From assembly GCF_018977255.1 (NCBI RefSeq), contig NW_024704742.1, forward strand, positions 72,728,001-72,792,000: a stretch of 64,000 bases of DNA, in the 5' to 3' direction. A program made the position numbers and the translations under genes. This document shows positions 11,672 to 25,564 of the stretch, piece after piece (the stretch's first letter is position 1; each line of letters opens with the position of its first letter). Source of the stretch: Callorhinchus milii. Taxonomy: Eukaryota. A model generated the notes under the pieces. That model was not told the DNA's origin. It worked only from the letters and a program-made list of their open reading frames with translations, and ran no database searches.

Positions 11672-11930
11672 TTAACTAGTCCATATGGAGGCTACTTTGG
11701 GGATGGGACGAACACAAAATACAAAATGCAGTACAGCTATTTTGAGATGGCACAATGTCTTCACGGACGAAGGCTGCCAAAGGTTACCATCACCCACTGC
11801 GATGAGGTCCACCACCACGTGGTGGACAGAACTAGAGCTCAGACAGTGCTGTCCATGGAGGAAAAGGTGACAATTCTTTTGATTGGTTTCTTCCAAAGTC
11901 TGCATGAGTGATCTGGGAGTCGTCATCATT
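11672..11930 (+). pseudogene. Harbinger/PIF-like transposase N-terminal relic
   Basis: Y..SYFEM.QC..RRLPK.TIT.C......TRAQTVLSMEEKVTI...GFFQ resembles the HARBI1-type HTH region (SYL.M...QC.RRLR...AL.V..KVT.AL.F.A.GSFQ), from recall only. Confidence 0.5.
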
Positions 11931-11983
11931 TTTCAGTGCTAATGTTATGTGTATGCGCAAAAAAAAACATAGTCACGCCACTT

Positions 11984-12302
11984 TAATAATAATCCTTGCA
12001 TTTGATATAGCGCTTTTCACGTCGGGAGGACATCCCAAAGCGCTTCACAGAACACACTGTAAAGTGAATTGACTGTATATTTGTGGGCGAACGCGGCAGC
12101 CAATTGCGCATAGCAATGTCCCACAAACAGTCGTAGATTGAAAATGACCAATTTTATTATTGTTTTTGGTTTTGGAGGGATTATTATTAGGCTCTGTGTG
12201 GAGTAAGGAAACTTGCCCAAGGTTTCGCCCTGTGCCTGGAATTGAACTCAGGTCTCTCGCTTGTAAAGCGAGTGCTCTAACCACTGAGCTACAGGACTCC
12301 AC
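11984..12302 (-). mobile_element. tRNA-headed SINE, short variant
   Basis: Near-identical to the copy at 49540; anticodon loop reads TAC. Confidence 0.9.
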
Positions 12303-13071
12303 TTTAGAATATATCCTGTGAAATGCTTTCAGATGTCTTGTTGATGTGATATGGTGCTGTATCAAATGCAAGGATTATCATTACTTGCAAATGGATAGAT
12401 TGAATTCATTCAGTCGGGCACACCAACAGCAGCAGGAACACCAGCTGGGTTTTTATGATATTTCCCTCAAGTGCAGGGAACCCACATAGCAATATCAATG
12501 GTAAGTTATGTGGTTTTAGCTGGTTCGATTCCAGCAGTTATCCCAACACACACTCTGGGGTCCGCAAGTCTTGGCTCTTGACTCTTGCCAACCTGCGCCC
12601 AATACTGTCTGGAATTAGGTGAGTAGGATGTGTCCCTTTAGTTAGAAAGTGCACATATCATTCCAACAATATATCTCTGGAATTTCCATGTGTAGGTGGG
12701 ATGCATGGAATTCTCAGCTTGGTTTGGATACTCTTAAACATGGTGATGGGTTTCCGCACGTATCAGACACCTGGCCGACAAAGGTAAAACATAGCAATCC
12801 CAGCCTTGTCTTTGAATCCCCGGCAAGCATGTACAGGAAAGGCTTTAGCAAATGAATGTTTAGGTTGGGGGTGGGGGCAGCCATGAGAGGATTCTCCACA
12901 TCAAACTGCCTGTTCTCTGGATCCTCTCATGATTCAAAGATTTAATAATAATAAATAATCCTTGCATTTGATATAGCACCTTAGGTCCTGATCCCCGACT
13001 GTCCAGCACCTTGGGACTTCCTCCCGTCGTGAAAGGCACTTTACAAATGTAATTTTGTTGTTTTGTTGTTA

Positions 13072-13388
13072 TCACGTCTTTGAGACGTCTTAAAGTGCTT
13101 CACAGAATATACTATAAAGTGTGGTCAATGTATATTTTGTGGGTGAAACACCGCAGTCAATTGTGCACAGCAGTGTCCTATCCTACAAACAGTTGTGGAT
13201 TGAGTGACCAAATTATTATTATTACTCCCGAAAAAGAGCCGCCAATCGATTAAGAACCTGGTTCCTACTTACTAACTAGCAATTAAACAGAGGCGTGTAG
13301 AGTAAAGAAATTTGCCTAACATTTTGCTCTGCTGGGAATCGAACCTAGGTCCTCTTGCTCACTAACCATTAGGTTACAAGACTCCACA
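13072..13388 (-). mobile_element. tRNA-headed SINE, long variant
   Basis: Homology to the 1000-1365 and 42708-43092 copies. Confidence 0.8.
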
Positions 13389-13756
13389 GAATGCACAGCA
13401 CGGAAACAAGGCCACTCGGTCCAACCAGTCTATGACAGTGTTTATACTCTACACGAGTCTCTGAAATGTATCTATACTATCCGATTCAACCAACACTTCA
13501 GGCAACAAGTGCCACAATCTCACTAATTCCTGTGTCAAATAGTTCCTTCTAAATTCTCTGTTAGATACTCGAATTTTGGTTATGATCCTCAAGTGTTCAA
13601 TGGGCTTCACAAGCTACATGGATTGCTTCTTGGGCACAATGGTTACAGTTTTTAAATCAACAGATCACTTGAGAGGAGCAATGCAATATATCCTTACAGC
13701 GCTTTGGGATGTCCTCCAGACGTGAAAGAAACTATGAATGTAATTTTGTTGTTGTT

Positions 13757-14073
13757 AATAATAATAATAAGCCTTGCATTTGATATAGCGCTTTTCACGT
13801 CTTCTAGACGTCTCAAAGCGCTTCACAGGATATACTGTAAAGTGAATTGACTGTATATTTGTGGGCGAAACGCGGCAGCCAATTGTGCACAGCAGTGTCC
13901 CACAAACAGTCGTGGATTGAAAATGACCAATTTATTATTGTTTTGTTTTGGAAGGATTATTATTAGGCGTGTGGAGTAAGGAAACTTGCCCAAGGTTTCG
14001 CGCTGCCTGGAATTGAACCCAGGTGTCTCGCTTGTACGGCGAGTGCTCTAACCACTGAGCGACAGAACTCCAC
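13757..14073 (-). mobile_element. tRNA-headed SINE, short variant, inserted into a (GTT)n tail
   Basis: Full head and tail present; (GTT)n on both flanks. Confidence 0.9.
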
Positions 14074-15049
14074 TGTTGTTGTTGTTGTCCACTCATAGTG
14101 GACAAGGTTGTAGCTGTGTGTTGCTTGTCGTGGATTTCTAATAATACTAATAAATACCACCACTACTACTAATAACCCTTACATTTGTATGGCATCTTTC
14201 ACATCAGAAGGACGTACTAAAGAACTGTACAAGATGACTGTGTGTTTTGGGAGAATGTGGCAGCCAATTTGTGCATTGCAATGACCTACAAATAGCCATG
14301 ATGTGAGTGACTATTTTTTTATTTTCGGTACTGTTGGCCAGGACACCTAGAGAAACTTGTTTCTCTTTTCAAATAGTGCCATGGGATCATTTATTGAATC
14401 AGCCAGATGGAGTGACAGCTTAGACTATATGATTTCCAAATTCTGACATGGGGCTTGAATCTTCTGACTCAGAGATGAGAGAGCTATCAACTGTACCAGG
14501 CTGATACACATTTGGGCCAAAGAGTGATGTGTCTGCAAGCCCCTCCAATGCTGGGAGCTGGATGAGGCTGGGGTGGGGGCTGTGGAGAAGACTGCCCAGT
14601 GGATGCTGAGCATATTATATTACATTACATTATGTCATTATATTACTAGGAGAATTGCTCAAGATGAAATCAGCCACAGTTTTTTGAGCACTGATTTCAT
14701 CCTTCACCACTGCATAGCACACCTCACTGTTAGACCTTCCTCTTCGACCGTTCCTATGGTCATCTTCTCTTGGTTCAGGGTCAGGCTCCATCACTGTTAA
14801 GCATCTTAAGACTTTGCCCTGCTATATAAATGCAAGTTGTTCTTGTTGTTGTTGCTGATGTTGAGGTTAAACTTATTTATTTGGTGTAATTTTTAAAGTT
14901 GTGTTGCTAACAGTTATGAATTTTTTAGTGGTGATTTTTGGGGGGTTTTGATTGTGATATCTGGGGAGAGTTAGGTGCACATACTGATTTGCCAAAGTTG
15001 TTGCTTTGTGTCTGTAAAATTTGATTGTAATACGTTTGAAATGATTAAG

Positions 15050-15842
15050 TAAGTTTAACGTGGAGAAATGTGAAGTGATGCATTTTTGGAGGAAGAATGA
15101 GGAGAGGCAATATAAGCTAATGGTACTATCATAAAGGGGGTGGAGGAACAGAGAGACCTGGGGGTTAATATAAGTAAACCTTTGATGGTCATAGGACAGG
15201 TAGATAAAGCTGTTAAAAAAGCATACAGGACACTAGGCTTTATAAATAGGGGCATAGAATACAAAAGTCAGGAGGTTATGATGAACCTTTATAAAACACT
15301 GGTTAGCCCTCAGCTAGAGACTGTGTTCAGTTCTGGGCATTACACTTTACGAAGGATGTCAAGGATTTGGAGAGGGTGCAAAGGAGATTTACCAGAATGG
15401 TCCCAGGAATGAGGGACTTCAATTATCAGGAGAGGTGAGAGAAGCTGAGATTATTCTCCTCGGAGCAGAGAAGATTAAGAGGAGACTTAACAGAAATTTT
15501 CAAAATTATGAGGGGATTCGATAGGGTGACCAAGGACAAACTATTTCCACTGGCGGGTGGGTCGGTAACCCGAGGGCACCAATTTCAAATAGTTGTTAAA
15601 AGAAGCAGAAGTGCGGTGAGGAGAAAGTTTTTCAATGCATTGCCTGAAAGGGTGATGGAAGCTGATTCAATGAGAACTTTTAAGAGAGAAGTAGATAATT
15701 ATTTGGGGAGGACAAGTTTGCAGGGCTATGGGGAGAGAGCGGGTGAGTGGGATTGATTTGGATAGCTCCTTTCAACGAGCTGGCACAGACACGATGGGCT
15801 GAATGGCCTACTTCAGTGCTGTTTAATTCTATGATTCTATAA
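15050..15842 (+). mobile_element. CR1 LINE 3' portion
   Basis: EQRDLGV...YKTLV.PQLE...GFDRV...LFPL; tail ATTCTATGATTCTAT. Confidence 0.92.
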
Positions 15843-15859
15843 GTATTATTCATTATTAC

Positions 15860-17085
15860 ATTAGAATACATTAGAATATACAGCACAGAAACAGGCCATT
15901 CGGCCCAACTGGTCTATGCCGGTGTTTATGCTCCACATGAACCTCCTCCTGCCCTTCCTCAACTAAGCCTGCAAACATAACCTTCTATTCCTTTCTCCCT
16001 CATTTACCTATCTAGCTTCCTCTTAAATACATCTATGCTATTTGCCTCAGCAACTCCTTGTGGTAGCATGTTCCACATTCCCACTACTCTCTGTGTGAAA
16101 AAATTTCTTCTAACTTCCTTATTTGATCTATTTGTGACTATTTAATATTGATGGCCCCTGGTTTTGGTCTTCCCACAAGTGGAAACAACTTCTCTATGTC
16201 TACCCTATCAAAACCTTTCAGCATTTTAAACACCTCTATCAGGTCACCCCTTACCCTCCTCTTTTCAAGAGAAAAGAATCCAAGCATGTTCAGCGTTTCC
16301 TGATAGGTATAACCTCTCAGTTCTGGGATCATCCTTGTGAATCTCCTTTGCACCCTCTCCAGTGCCTCTACATCCCTTCTATAACGTGGGGACCAGAACT
16401 GCACACAGTATTCTAAGTGTGGTCTAACCAAGGTTCAGTAGAAGTTTAGCATAACTTCCCTGCTTTTTATTTCTATCCCTCTAGAAAGAACCCCAATGCC
16501 TGGTTTGCCTTTTTATGGCCTTATTAACCAGCATCGCTACTTTTATTGAATTGTGTATGTGTACCCCTAGATCCCTTTGCTCCTCTACCCCATTTAGGTT
16601 TCTATTTTCCAGGATTTATGCAACTTCCTTATTCCTTCTACCAAAATGTACCACCTCACACTTTTCTACATTGAAATGCATTTGCCATTTAAATGCCCAT
16701 TCAGCAAGTTTATTAATGTCTTGCTGTAATTTGTTGCAGTCCTCCTCTGTATTAACTACTCCCCCCAATTTGGTATTGTCCACAAGTTTTGAAATTGTAC
16801 TGCTGATTCCCGATCAGGGTAATCATTGATGTATATTGTGAACAACAGTGGTCCCAATACTGATACTTGTGGGACACCACTGCCCACCCCGTGCCAGTCT
16901 GAGTAGCTATCCTTTACCCCTACTCTCTGTTTTCTGTTTTGTAGCAAGCTTGCTATCCATTCTGCTATTTTTCCCCTGACTCCACATGCTCTGACGTTAT
17001 TCATTAGTCTATTATTATCGAATGCCTTTTGGAAATCTAAATATATTACATCTACCGCATTACCCTTGTCTACTCTTTCGGCCTT
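15860..17085 (-). mobile_element. CR1 LINE 3' portion, tail-to-tail with the preceding copy
   Basis: [26 protein letters not shown] and VRPHLEYCVQFWSP...LERVQRRFTRMIP on the minus strand. Confidence 0.93.
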
Positions 17086-18629
17086 CACCTTCAGTGTACT
17101 ATGATTTGTGTTTCCTCTGCTTACCATCCAATACCATGAATGTCTGGGAAAGATTCATGCAAAGTCCAAATGTTCTCTCAAGCCTTTTGCTTACAGTAAC
17201 AATTAATGCACAGATAGCTGCCCCTGGGCATTGATAGTGCGGTGGCCTGTTACACAGCACATCTGCCATAGTGAGCTAGAACTCAGCTGGACATCACTGG
17301 TTTGAGAGTTGACTTCTTCACCCCATCAACACTAGCTTTAAAATGTGTCATGTGTTTTATGATGACACCATTTGAACCTCAAGGCTAAATCTGCTTCACT
17401 TTCTGTCATTGTAGAACACCATCTCTTACTTTGGAACTTAGAGTACAAAATAGATCCCTATCATCTTGCTGTGCTCATTGGGCTATTGGTCTTTTTAAAC
17501 ATTGTTGCCCATTTGTCTTGCAGTTGGCATTAATGTCTAATACACTTACCAGAGGGAGGCTTTACTGAATCTAAGCAGCAATAGGTCTATAAAAAAAGCA
17601 CTGCCCTTATTGTAGGCACCTAGGGTTTCACCCTCAGAATGGGAATAGTGAGAGACCTTTTGGGCCATCAAGACTGTTTCTGCAGTGTTTATGGCAGTCT
17701 TATAATCCCATTTCCCCAATTTGTCCCCATGACCCCTTTGTATTCTTTATTTGTTTGCATCATCGATCGATCAATCTTTTTTTATGGAAACAAAACACTA
17801 AACGCATTACCAACAATAGTAATGTATTACACACAATAGAATCAATATCATAGAATACAATTGTATGTAAAGGATAAATTATCACTCTTGAATGGGTTCA
17901 ATGCCAGTTCAAAAGTGTCAGTTGACATGCAAAGTGCTTTTCACTCCACTGGTTCTCCTGCATTAAACATATGCCCTCAAACAAAGCTACCCATAAGATC
18001 ACTTCGACTCAAACCACTCAAGGTTTGTTTTCTTTCTCTGACTCAACCTGCAACTTTATAATGGAAGGTGTGAGAAATCTTGCCGTTTGCCTCTCTTTGA
18101 ACCACAGGACCATAGAAATTTATAGCACAGCAAAAAGCCATTCAGCCTATCACGTTTATGCTTGCTCCAAGATGTATTGATCTTCTTTTTTTAAGAGCAA
18201 ACGTACTGCATTCTCAATGCTTGATGGAGTTCCCAAAAATTATCTGTGTGACACTGTCATTTTGTGGATGACCATTTCAATCTGTAAACTTCTAGATTGT
18301 GATGAGCTGAAAAATGTTTAGCGAATGTCAGCTTGACTCAGTTGCCAGCTCACTTATAGATCTAAAGTTTGTGGGTTAAAGCCTCATGTTGGGACTTGAG
18401 TTAATTGTAGACATTTTCATACAAAATCCAGTCATTACACTTTGCAGTAAATCCTGTGAAGCGCATTTGAGATATTTTCCTGATGTGAAAAATGTTTTAT
18501 TAAATGTTAGGATCATTGTATGTACATGTATGTTTGTATGTGTGATGACATTACACAGTATACCCTGTATTTGCAAATTACATTTTAAATTTTAAATTGA
18601 CTGTTTAATTTGTAAACAAATTCCTTCAA

Positions 18630-18730
18630 AGTGTATGTATGTCAACATGTGTGTGTGTATGTCTATATGTATGTATGAATGTATGAGTGTGTATGTGGGT
18701 CTATGTGTGTTTTGTATGTCTGTGCCTGTA
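18630..18730. repeat. Degenerate (TG/TATG)n microsatellite
   Basis: Low-complexity TG-rich tract. Confidence 0.7.
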
Positions 18731-18968
18731 CATGCTCTCTCTTCATTACTTCCACATGTATCTCAGGAGTAGAGACTTAATTCTGCTCAAGATCACAACT
18801 TTGACTAGCCAGAGAGTTCCTAAACTTCTCTGTCTGTTTGTGCATATCTGAGATTCCATGTGGCATGATCAGCTTTAAAACTCAGATCAACGCACACTCC
18901 CATCATAACTGTATCTGGAAAGGAGATAAAATTCACAAACCGATTTGCTTATTCAAATCATCCAATGA

Positions 18969-19218
18969 TAATAATAACGCTGTTTGTTTCTCAGCAGTAC
19001 ACACTGCACTCAGGTAAAGATTTTCTACATAAAAGGAGTTCCTTAAAGCTTGTGATTTGATGGTAGCACAACTGTATTAAAAAAAACACAGTGTAATAAT
19101 AACGCTGTTTGTTTCTCAGCAGTACACACTGCACTCAGGTAAAGATTTTCTACATAAAAGGAGTTCCTTAAAGCTTGTGATTTGATGGTAGCACAACTGT
19201 ATTAAAAAAAACACAGTG
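18969..19218. repeat. Perfect 125-bp tandem duplication
   Basis: 18969-19093 is identical to 19094-19218 by eye. Confidence 0.93.
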
Positions 19219-21919
19219 TTCCAATAATTGTGTAGAACTGTGTTAAAATATTTGGCATCACTTGTATGACCCTGGGAAAATATTCAGCACTGTCACTCTC
19301 AATTGAATTTAATGTTGTTATTGCATGTCAACCAGCTACCCAGGAAGCCAGAAATAATATTGATCTGACCTGCACGGGGAGGAGATGGAGAATTTTTTCC
19401 CCTCATTGATATGCTATTAGCAGGTCATAAGTGAATTACATTTTGGAGTTTTTTTAAGTTCAGAAATAATTAGCTGCACAAAATGAATCATCTCAAGAGA
19501 GTTCTGGCATTCCTCAGTGCTGCAGTGCAGGAGAGAAGAGGATTCAATCATTCTTTAATTTAGTTGTTCATAATGCAGGGATAAAAATGTTCAGACTGCA
19601 TGAAACTCTTTGATGGTTTTGATGCTATGGGTGAAATAATATGGTAAACATGACGCACTTTGGAGACGTACGGAATTCTGTGGTCAAGAATCAAGTCACT
19701 TGCTGTTTGTAGAAGCACTTTAAGTAGAAGATAAAAAAGGAATAGGTTGGCAGGAAGGTTGGCAGAGAACACTGGATTCATTTAAAGAGTAGCTTGTTGC
19801 TTTGATGGAGAACACTAAAGTATGTGTTCTGCAGGGATGAGATCAGATGGGCCAAAAGGCCTTCTTCATCCAGACCAATCTTGTGATCGTGTGAAGAGTA
19901 AACATTGTATTGTACCCATTGAAACTCTTATGATTGTTTGCTCTAATAACCTGCCTAAAACTGTAATATGAGTTAAATCACAAATAAATCCCATTATTGT
20001 TATAATAACATGTAATCATTCTTTCATTCTCTCATTTGTTATAGCACCTTATTATGTTATTGAGATGTCTCAAAATGCTTTAAAGATGTACTGTGAAGTG
20101 TAGTAGTGTTGATATTTGTAGGCCAACGTGGCCAATCTGAATATAACAATTTCCTACAAACAACCAGTATATGAGAATTTCCATGTGTAGGTGGGATGCA
20201 TGGAACTCTCAACAACAACAAGTTGACTTATATAGCACCCACCATGCAGGATAGTGTCTTAGAGCGCTTAACAGTGGAAATCTGGTTTGGATATTGTTAA
20301 GCACGGTGATGGGTTTTCGCACGTGTCAGACACCCAGCTGACCCCCCCTAAAAATAAAATAAAATTCAAGGAACCATAGTTAGTTAGGTCTACCTGTCAC
20401 TTTCCTGACAATTTGAACAAGGACTCCTTGTCTTACTGTCCTGTTTCTTCTGATAATTAGTTAATTTGCAGAGGGACTCCATGTGGGAAATGTAATATTC
20501 TTTAATCTTTGAACGTTAAATATGTCTAGTGTTCAAGTCTTTCCTTTAATAGTTGCAATTAATTAAATGAAATGCCGTTAATGAAAGCATAAAGATCAGA
20601 CATTTAATTGATGTTGCATATACAATTAAATGCAATCTTAATGCAATTAATTTTAATTTTAAGATCATTATTGTTGAACACAGACTCAAAGATGTTTGAT
20701 CCTTTTCTTTTATTAATTATTGATAGTTTCTTTTCAACTAATTCATTTCAATGGAAGTTTGGATTGTTTTGTCTGATTTTCTATAAATCTATCCTTTTCT
20801 TCCCTTTTAGATTTTATTTGGTGTTTTTTGTGCTCAAGTGCTCAAGCCTGCTGCAAAATGGTACAAGTTCTTGGTACTGAGTGTAGTGTGTTGCATTAGG
20901 ATGAAGCAGACCCAAGTCATATACAGTACAGTTTCAATTGTCAGGTTTTATGTAGGAAATGTGCAACTGGCAGAGAGAGGAGACTCATCCTACCACTCCC
21001 AAAGGTGGAGAGACAGGATCCTGACCCATTCTACCATGGTTCATTATTTTCAGTTTACTTTGAGGCAAAAGCTACAAAAATTATAACTATTTAGGGCCCT
21101 TCCAATGACAGTTTGCCAATGACACAAGATGGTTATTGTCACAGAAGTTACAACTCAGTTAGAAGCATTCAGAAAGTGAAAGTGGAATGCACTGATGAGT
21201 GGGTTCAATGTTGGGTACAGAGCAGCTCTGTGAACTAATCTTAATTAAATCAAAGCTGGGACATTGAGTATCTGTTGTTCATTCCCTCTATAAAAATGCA
21301 GGAACATTTCCCTGAAGTTATAGAATAATGAATATATATTAACATAGTTATCAAGCAATGTTCTAGTTCTATAATTACAAACTCCGTTCTCTTCTATATA
21401 CTGGCAAATAAATTAAGCACTACTTTGTTTGGCAGCAACAGCAATAAGCATGGTGAAGCTCAAGTAAACCAATCTACACACAACTATGTCTCACAAACAG
21501 ATGCAAAATGAAAGACCAATTTTATTTGAGGAATTGTTGGCCAAGGTACAGGGAGAAACTCCTTTCCCTTTTCAAATAGTGCCTTGGGATCTTTAACGTT
21601 CACCAGAAAAGGTAAACTGGACCTCATCCAAAAGACGGTACCTCCAACAATGTAGCACACGCCAGCATGGCATTGGAGTGTCAGCCTAGACTGTGAGTTC
21701 AATGTTCAGCTTGAATTTACAGCCTTCTGACTCAGAGGCAACCGTGCTACCAACTGAGCCAGGTTGACACCTTGATATGAGTAAAGCCCTGGGGAAGGAA
21801 GTGTACCTGAATGGATAAATCAGACAAGTTGTGGTGCTACAACTCATTTCAAGTAATAATTTGAATGTGGTAGAAAACGTGAGTTTACTTTTATCCAAGA
21901 AATCTACAGAAAGTAGCAA

Positions 21920-24160
21920 GCAACAACAACAACAAAATTACATTTATAGAGCGCATTTCACATTGGGAGGATGACCCAAAGAGCTGAACAGTCAGGAGTC
22001 GGGGCCCAAGCATGGGGGAGGGGTGGTGTAGGGGTGAAGGAAGGTAGAGAGGTGGGAGGGCGACCAAAGGCACGGTCAAAGAGAAGGGTCTTGAGACCAG
22101 CCTTGAAGGAGGCAAGGGAGGACGCGAGGCAGTCTGAGGGGTGAGGCAGTGGCAGAGTCTGGCAATGTTGCAGAGGTGATGGTAGGCAGTGCCGGTCATG
22201 GCGCGGATGTGGGGGAGAAAGGACAGTTCAGGGTCAAACAAGACACCCAGGTTCCTGACCGGCTTCGTGAGGTTGAGTGTGAATGCTGATGCGACCAGCG
22301 CCCGAGGTGCGGAGGCACTGAGCCAATCAGGAGGGCCTCAGTCTTGCTGACGTTGAGTTGGAAAAAGTTGTCCCTCATCCAGGACTTGATGTCGGACAGG
22401 CAGTCGGTCAGAACGCTAGTAGTCCTGGAGTTCAGGGTAGAGGCAGAGAGTTGAGTGTCATCCGCATACGTGTGGAAATTTACCCCATGTCTGCGGATGA
22501 TTTCACCAAGTGGGAGCATGCAGAGGGTGAAGAGGAGGGGACCGAGGACAGAGTCCTGAGGAACATCGCATGAGACGGTGCGGGGGCTGGAGAAGCTGTT
22601 TGCTGCAACAAAGTGGAGGCGGTGTGAAAGGTAGGACCTGAACCAGTCAAGGACAGAACCTTGAAGGTTGAGGTGGGAGGAGAGGCAGTGGAGGAGGATT
22701 GAGTGGTCCATGGTGTCAAAGATGGCAGAGAGGTCGAGGAGGACGAGGAGGCAGAGGGAGCCCTGGTTACACATGGTCAGGATGTCGTTTGTGACCTTGA
22801 CCAGAGCAGTTTCCATGCTGTCCACAGGAGGCATTCATGGAGGGAGTGGGAGGAGAGGAAAGAGCGAAGCTAGGAGGCAACGGCTCTCAAGGACATTGCA
22901 TAGGAAGGGGAGATTTGAGATGGGCCAGTAGCTGGATAGCTGTGATGGGTCGCGGGAAGGTTTCTTCAAGGTCGGGGTGATAATGGCTGTTTTGAGGGGG
23001 GTAGGAACAGTGCAGGATGACAGGGAGAGGTTAATAATGTCGGTGAGTAGTGGGGCAAGGAGGTGGAGCTGGGATTTAAGGAGAGGGTTTGGGATGGGGT
23101 CCAGGGAGCAGGTGGTGAGCTTCATGGAGGTTATGGTGGTGGAGACAGAGGAGTGGTTGACAGGTTCAAAGGTGTGGAAGGAGAGATGGGTAATTGTTGG
23201 ATGGGTAATTTTGTGGAGTGGGGGTAGGGAGGGGGTGGAAGTTGGGAGGGCAGTGGCAGCTGAGCAGATTCCCTCGATTTTGGACTCGAGGAAGTCCAGC
23301 ATTTTCTTGCAGTGAGAGTCAGAGAAAAAAAATCTACGAGGCGTGTCGGGGAGGGAGGAGGAGCCGGTTGGCGGTGGAGAACAGGAGCCTGGGATTGCCC
23401 TTCGCCTCCAGGATTAACTTGGAATAGAAGGTTAATTTGGCCGAGGCGAGAGCGGAGCGGTAGGTCTTGATGAGGTCCAGCCAGATATGGCGGTGGACCG
23501 TTAGGCCAAATTTGAGCCAAGTGCATTCAGCAGACCGCATCCAGCCCTTAAGCGAACAGAGGTGGCTGGTGAACCATGGTGAGGATCGGGACTAGGAGGC
23601 AGTTCGGGAGGTGAGGGAGGCAAGGGCATCGAGTGTAGTGGAGAGGATGATGTGAAGAAGAGTAAGCGCAGCGAGAGGGTGGGTGCGAGAGGTGGGACAG
23701 AGGGGGAGGAGTTCAGAGGACTCCAGAGCAGCGTAGAGGGACTGAGGGGAGATCTTCTTCCATGGGCGGTGGAGGCAGTGGGGAGAGAGATATGGGAGTT
23801 GAGGGAGATTAAATGGTGGTCAGAGATGACCTTGTCACTGATGGTGACATCCGAGACACTGAGGCCCCGGGTGATCACCAGGTCGAGCATATGATTGTGG
23901 GTGTGGGTAGCAAAGTGGATGTGGAGGGAAAGGTTGAAAGAGGAGAGGGGAAAGGAGAAGTCTGAGGAGGTGGAGCAGGAGGGGGTGAAGTGGAGGTTGA
24001 AGTACCCTCGGATGATGAGGCGGCCGGAGCAAAGGAAAGCAAGGAGGATGGAGATGTCAGAGATGAAGGTGGTGGAGGATTTTGGGGGCCGGTAAAGTAA
24101 GAGGATTTTTAGAGAGAGCTGGGAGGGAAGGCAGAGGGTAAGGTGTTCAAGCAGAGGCAG
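21920..24160 (-). mobile_element. L2 LINE, degraded, with internal deletions
   Basis: APE (YRPP, LDLVIT, SDH) and RT (LLDLSA, PQDSVLGP, YADDTQ) fragments; (CAA)n tail at 21920. Confidence 0.9.
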
Positions 24161-24199
24161 GGAGGCATGGTCTGGAAGTAAGTCACCCTGGGCTGCTTG

Positions 24200-25563
24200 T
24201 GTGAACTTCTCAGCAGGTAGACCAAGGATGGAAGTTACACATTCCGGGTTATTCGACGTATAGGAAAGATAGGCAATGTGGAAAATGAGGTGGGGGGGTA
24301 GCCCTGCTAATAAAGGATGAGATAAAAACAGTAGAGAGGATAGATTTTAAATCAGAAAATCAGGATGTATGGGTGGAGGTAAGAAACAAAAAGGGCAGAA
24401 AACACTAGTGGAGTAGTTTATAGACCCCCAAACAGCAGTTACAGTATTGAGCAGAGTATTAACCAGAAAATTAGAGGAACGTCTAACAAGGGGAATACAC
24501 TAAAAGTGGGTGATTTTAATCTTCACATAGATTGGGAAAAGCAAATTGGCAAAAGTAAATTAGAGGATGAGTTTATAGAATGCATTAGAGATAGTTTTCT
24601 AGATCAGTACTCTGAGGAACCAACAGGGAACAGGCTATCTTAGATCTTGTATTGTGTAACGAATTAAGGCTCCTCTAGGGCAGAGTGACTATAACATGGT
24701 GGAATTTAACATTAAGTTAGAGAGTGATATAGTTGAATCCGAACCAAAGGTGTTAAATTTAAATAAAGCTAACTTTGCAGGTATGAGAGGAGATTTGGCT
24801 AAAATAGACTGGGAAATTAGATTTAAAAAATGACGGTAAACCAGCAATGGCAAACGTTTAAGGATATAATACATAATTCCCAGCGATCACATATTCCCTC
24901 AAAAAATAAAAATACCACAGGAAAAGTGGTTCAACCTTGGCTAACTAGAGAAGTTAGGGAAAGTATAAAATTAAAAGAAGAGGCCTATAATACTGCTAAA
25001 AAGAGCAGAAAACCCAAGGATTGGGAGGGCTTTAGAGATCAGCAAAGGAAAACCAAGAAAATGATAAGAAGGAGAAAATGGAATATGAGGGTAAACTAGC
25101 TAGGAACATAAAGACAGATTGTAAGAGTTTTTACAAGTACATAAAGAGGAAGAGACCATCAACAGTGAATGTGGGTCCATTGCAGGCAGAGACAGAATAA
25201 ATTATAATGGGGAATAAAGAAATGGAAAAGTCATTAAACAAATATTTTGCTTCTAGAGAAATTGATAGGATTAAAAACCAATAAATCCCCTGGACCTGAT
25301 GGCCTGCATCCTAGGGTTTTAAAAGAGGTGGCTGCAGAGATAGTGTATGCTTTGTTTTTGATTTTCCAAAATTCCATGGATTCTGGAACGGTTCCCATTG
25401 ATTGGAAGATGATTTAGATGAGAAAATGGAACTTAACATATCTAAATTTGCAGATGATACGAAGATGGGTGGGAGAGTAAACTGTGAGGATGACACACGA
25501 AGAATGCAAAGGGAAATAGTCATGCTAGGCGAGTGGGCAAAAAGGTGACAGATGGAGTATAAC
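24200..25563 (+). mobile_element. CR1 LINE fragment (APE and part of RT) with internal deletions
   Basis: YRPPN, GDFNLHIDW, LDLVLCN, KSPGPDGLHPRVLKE and SKFADDTK motifs. Confidence 0.88.
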
Positions 25564-25564
25564 A

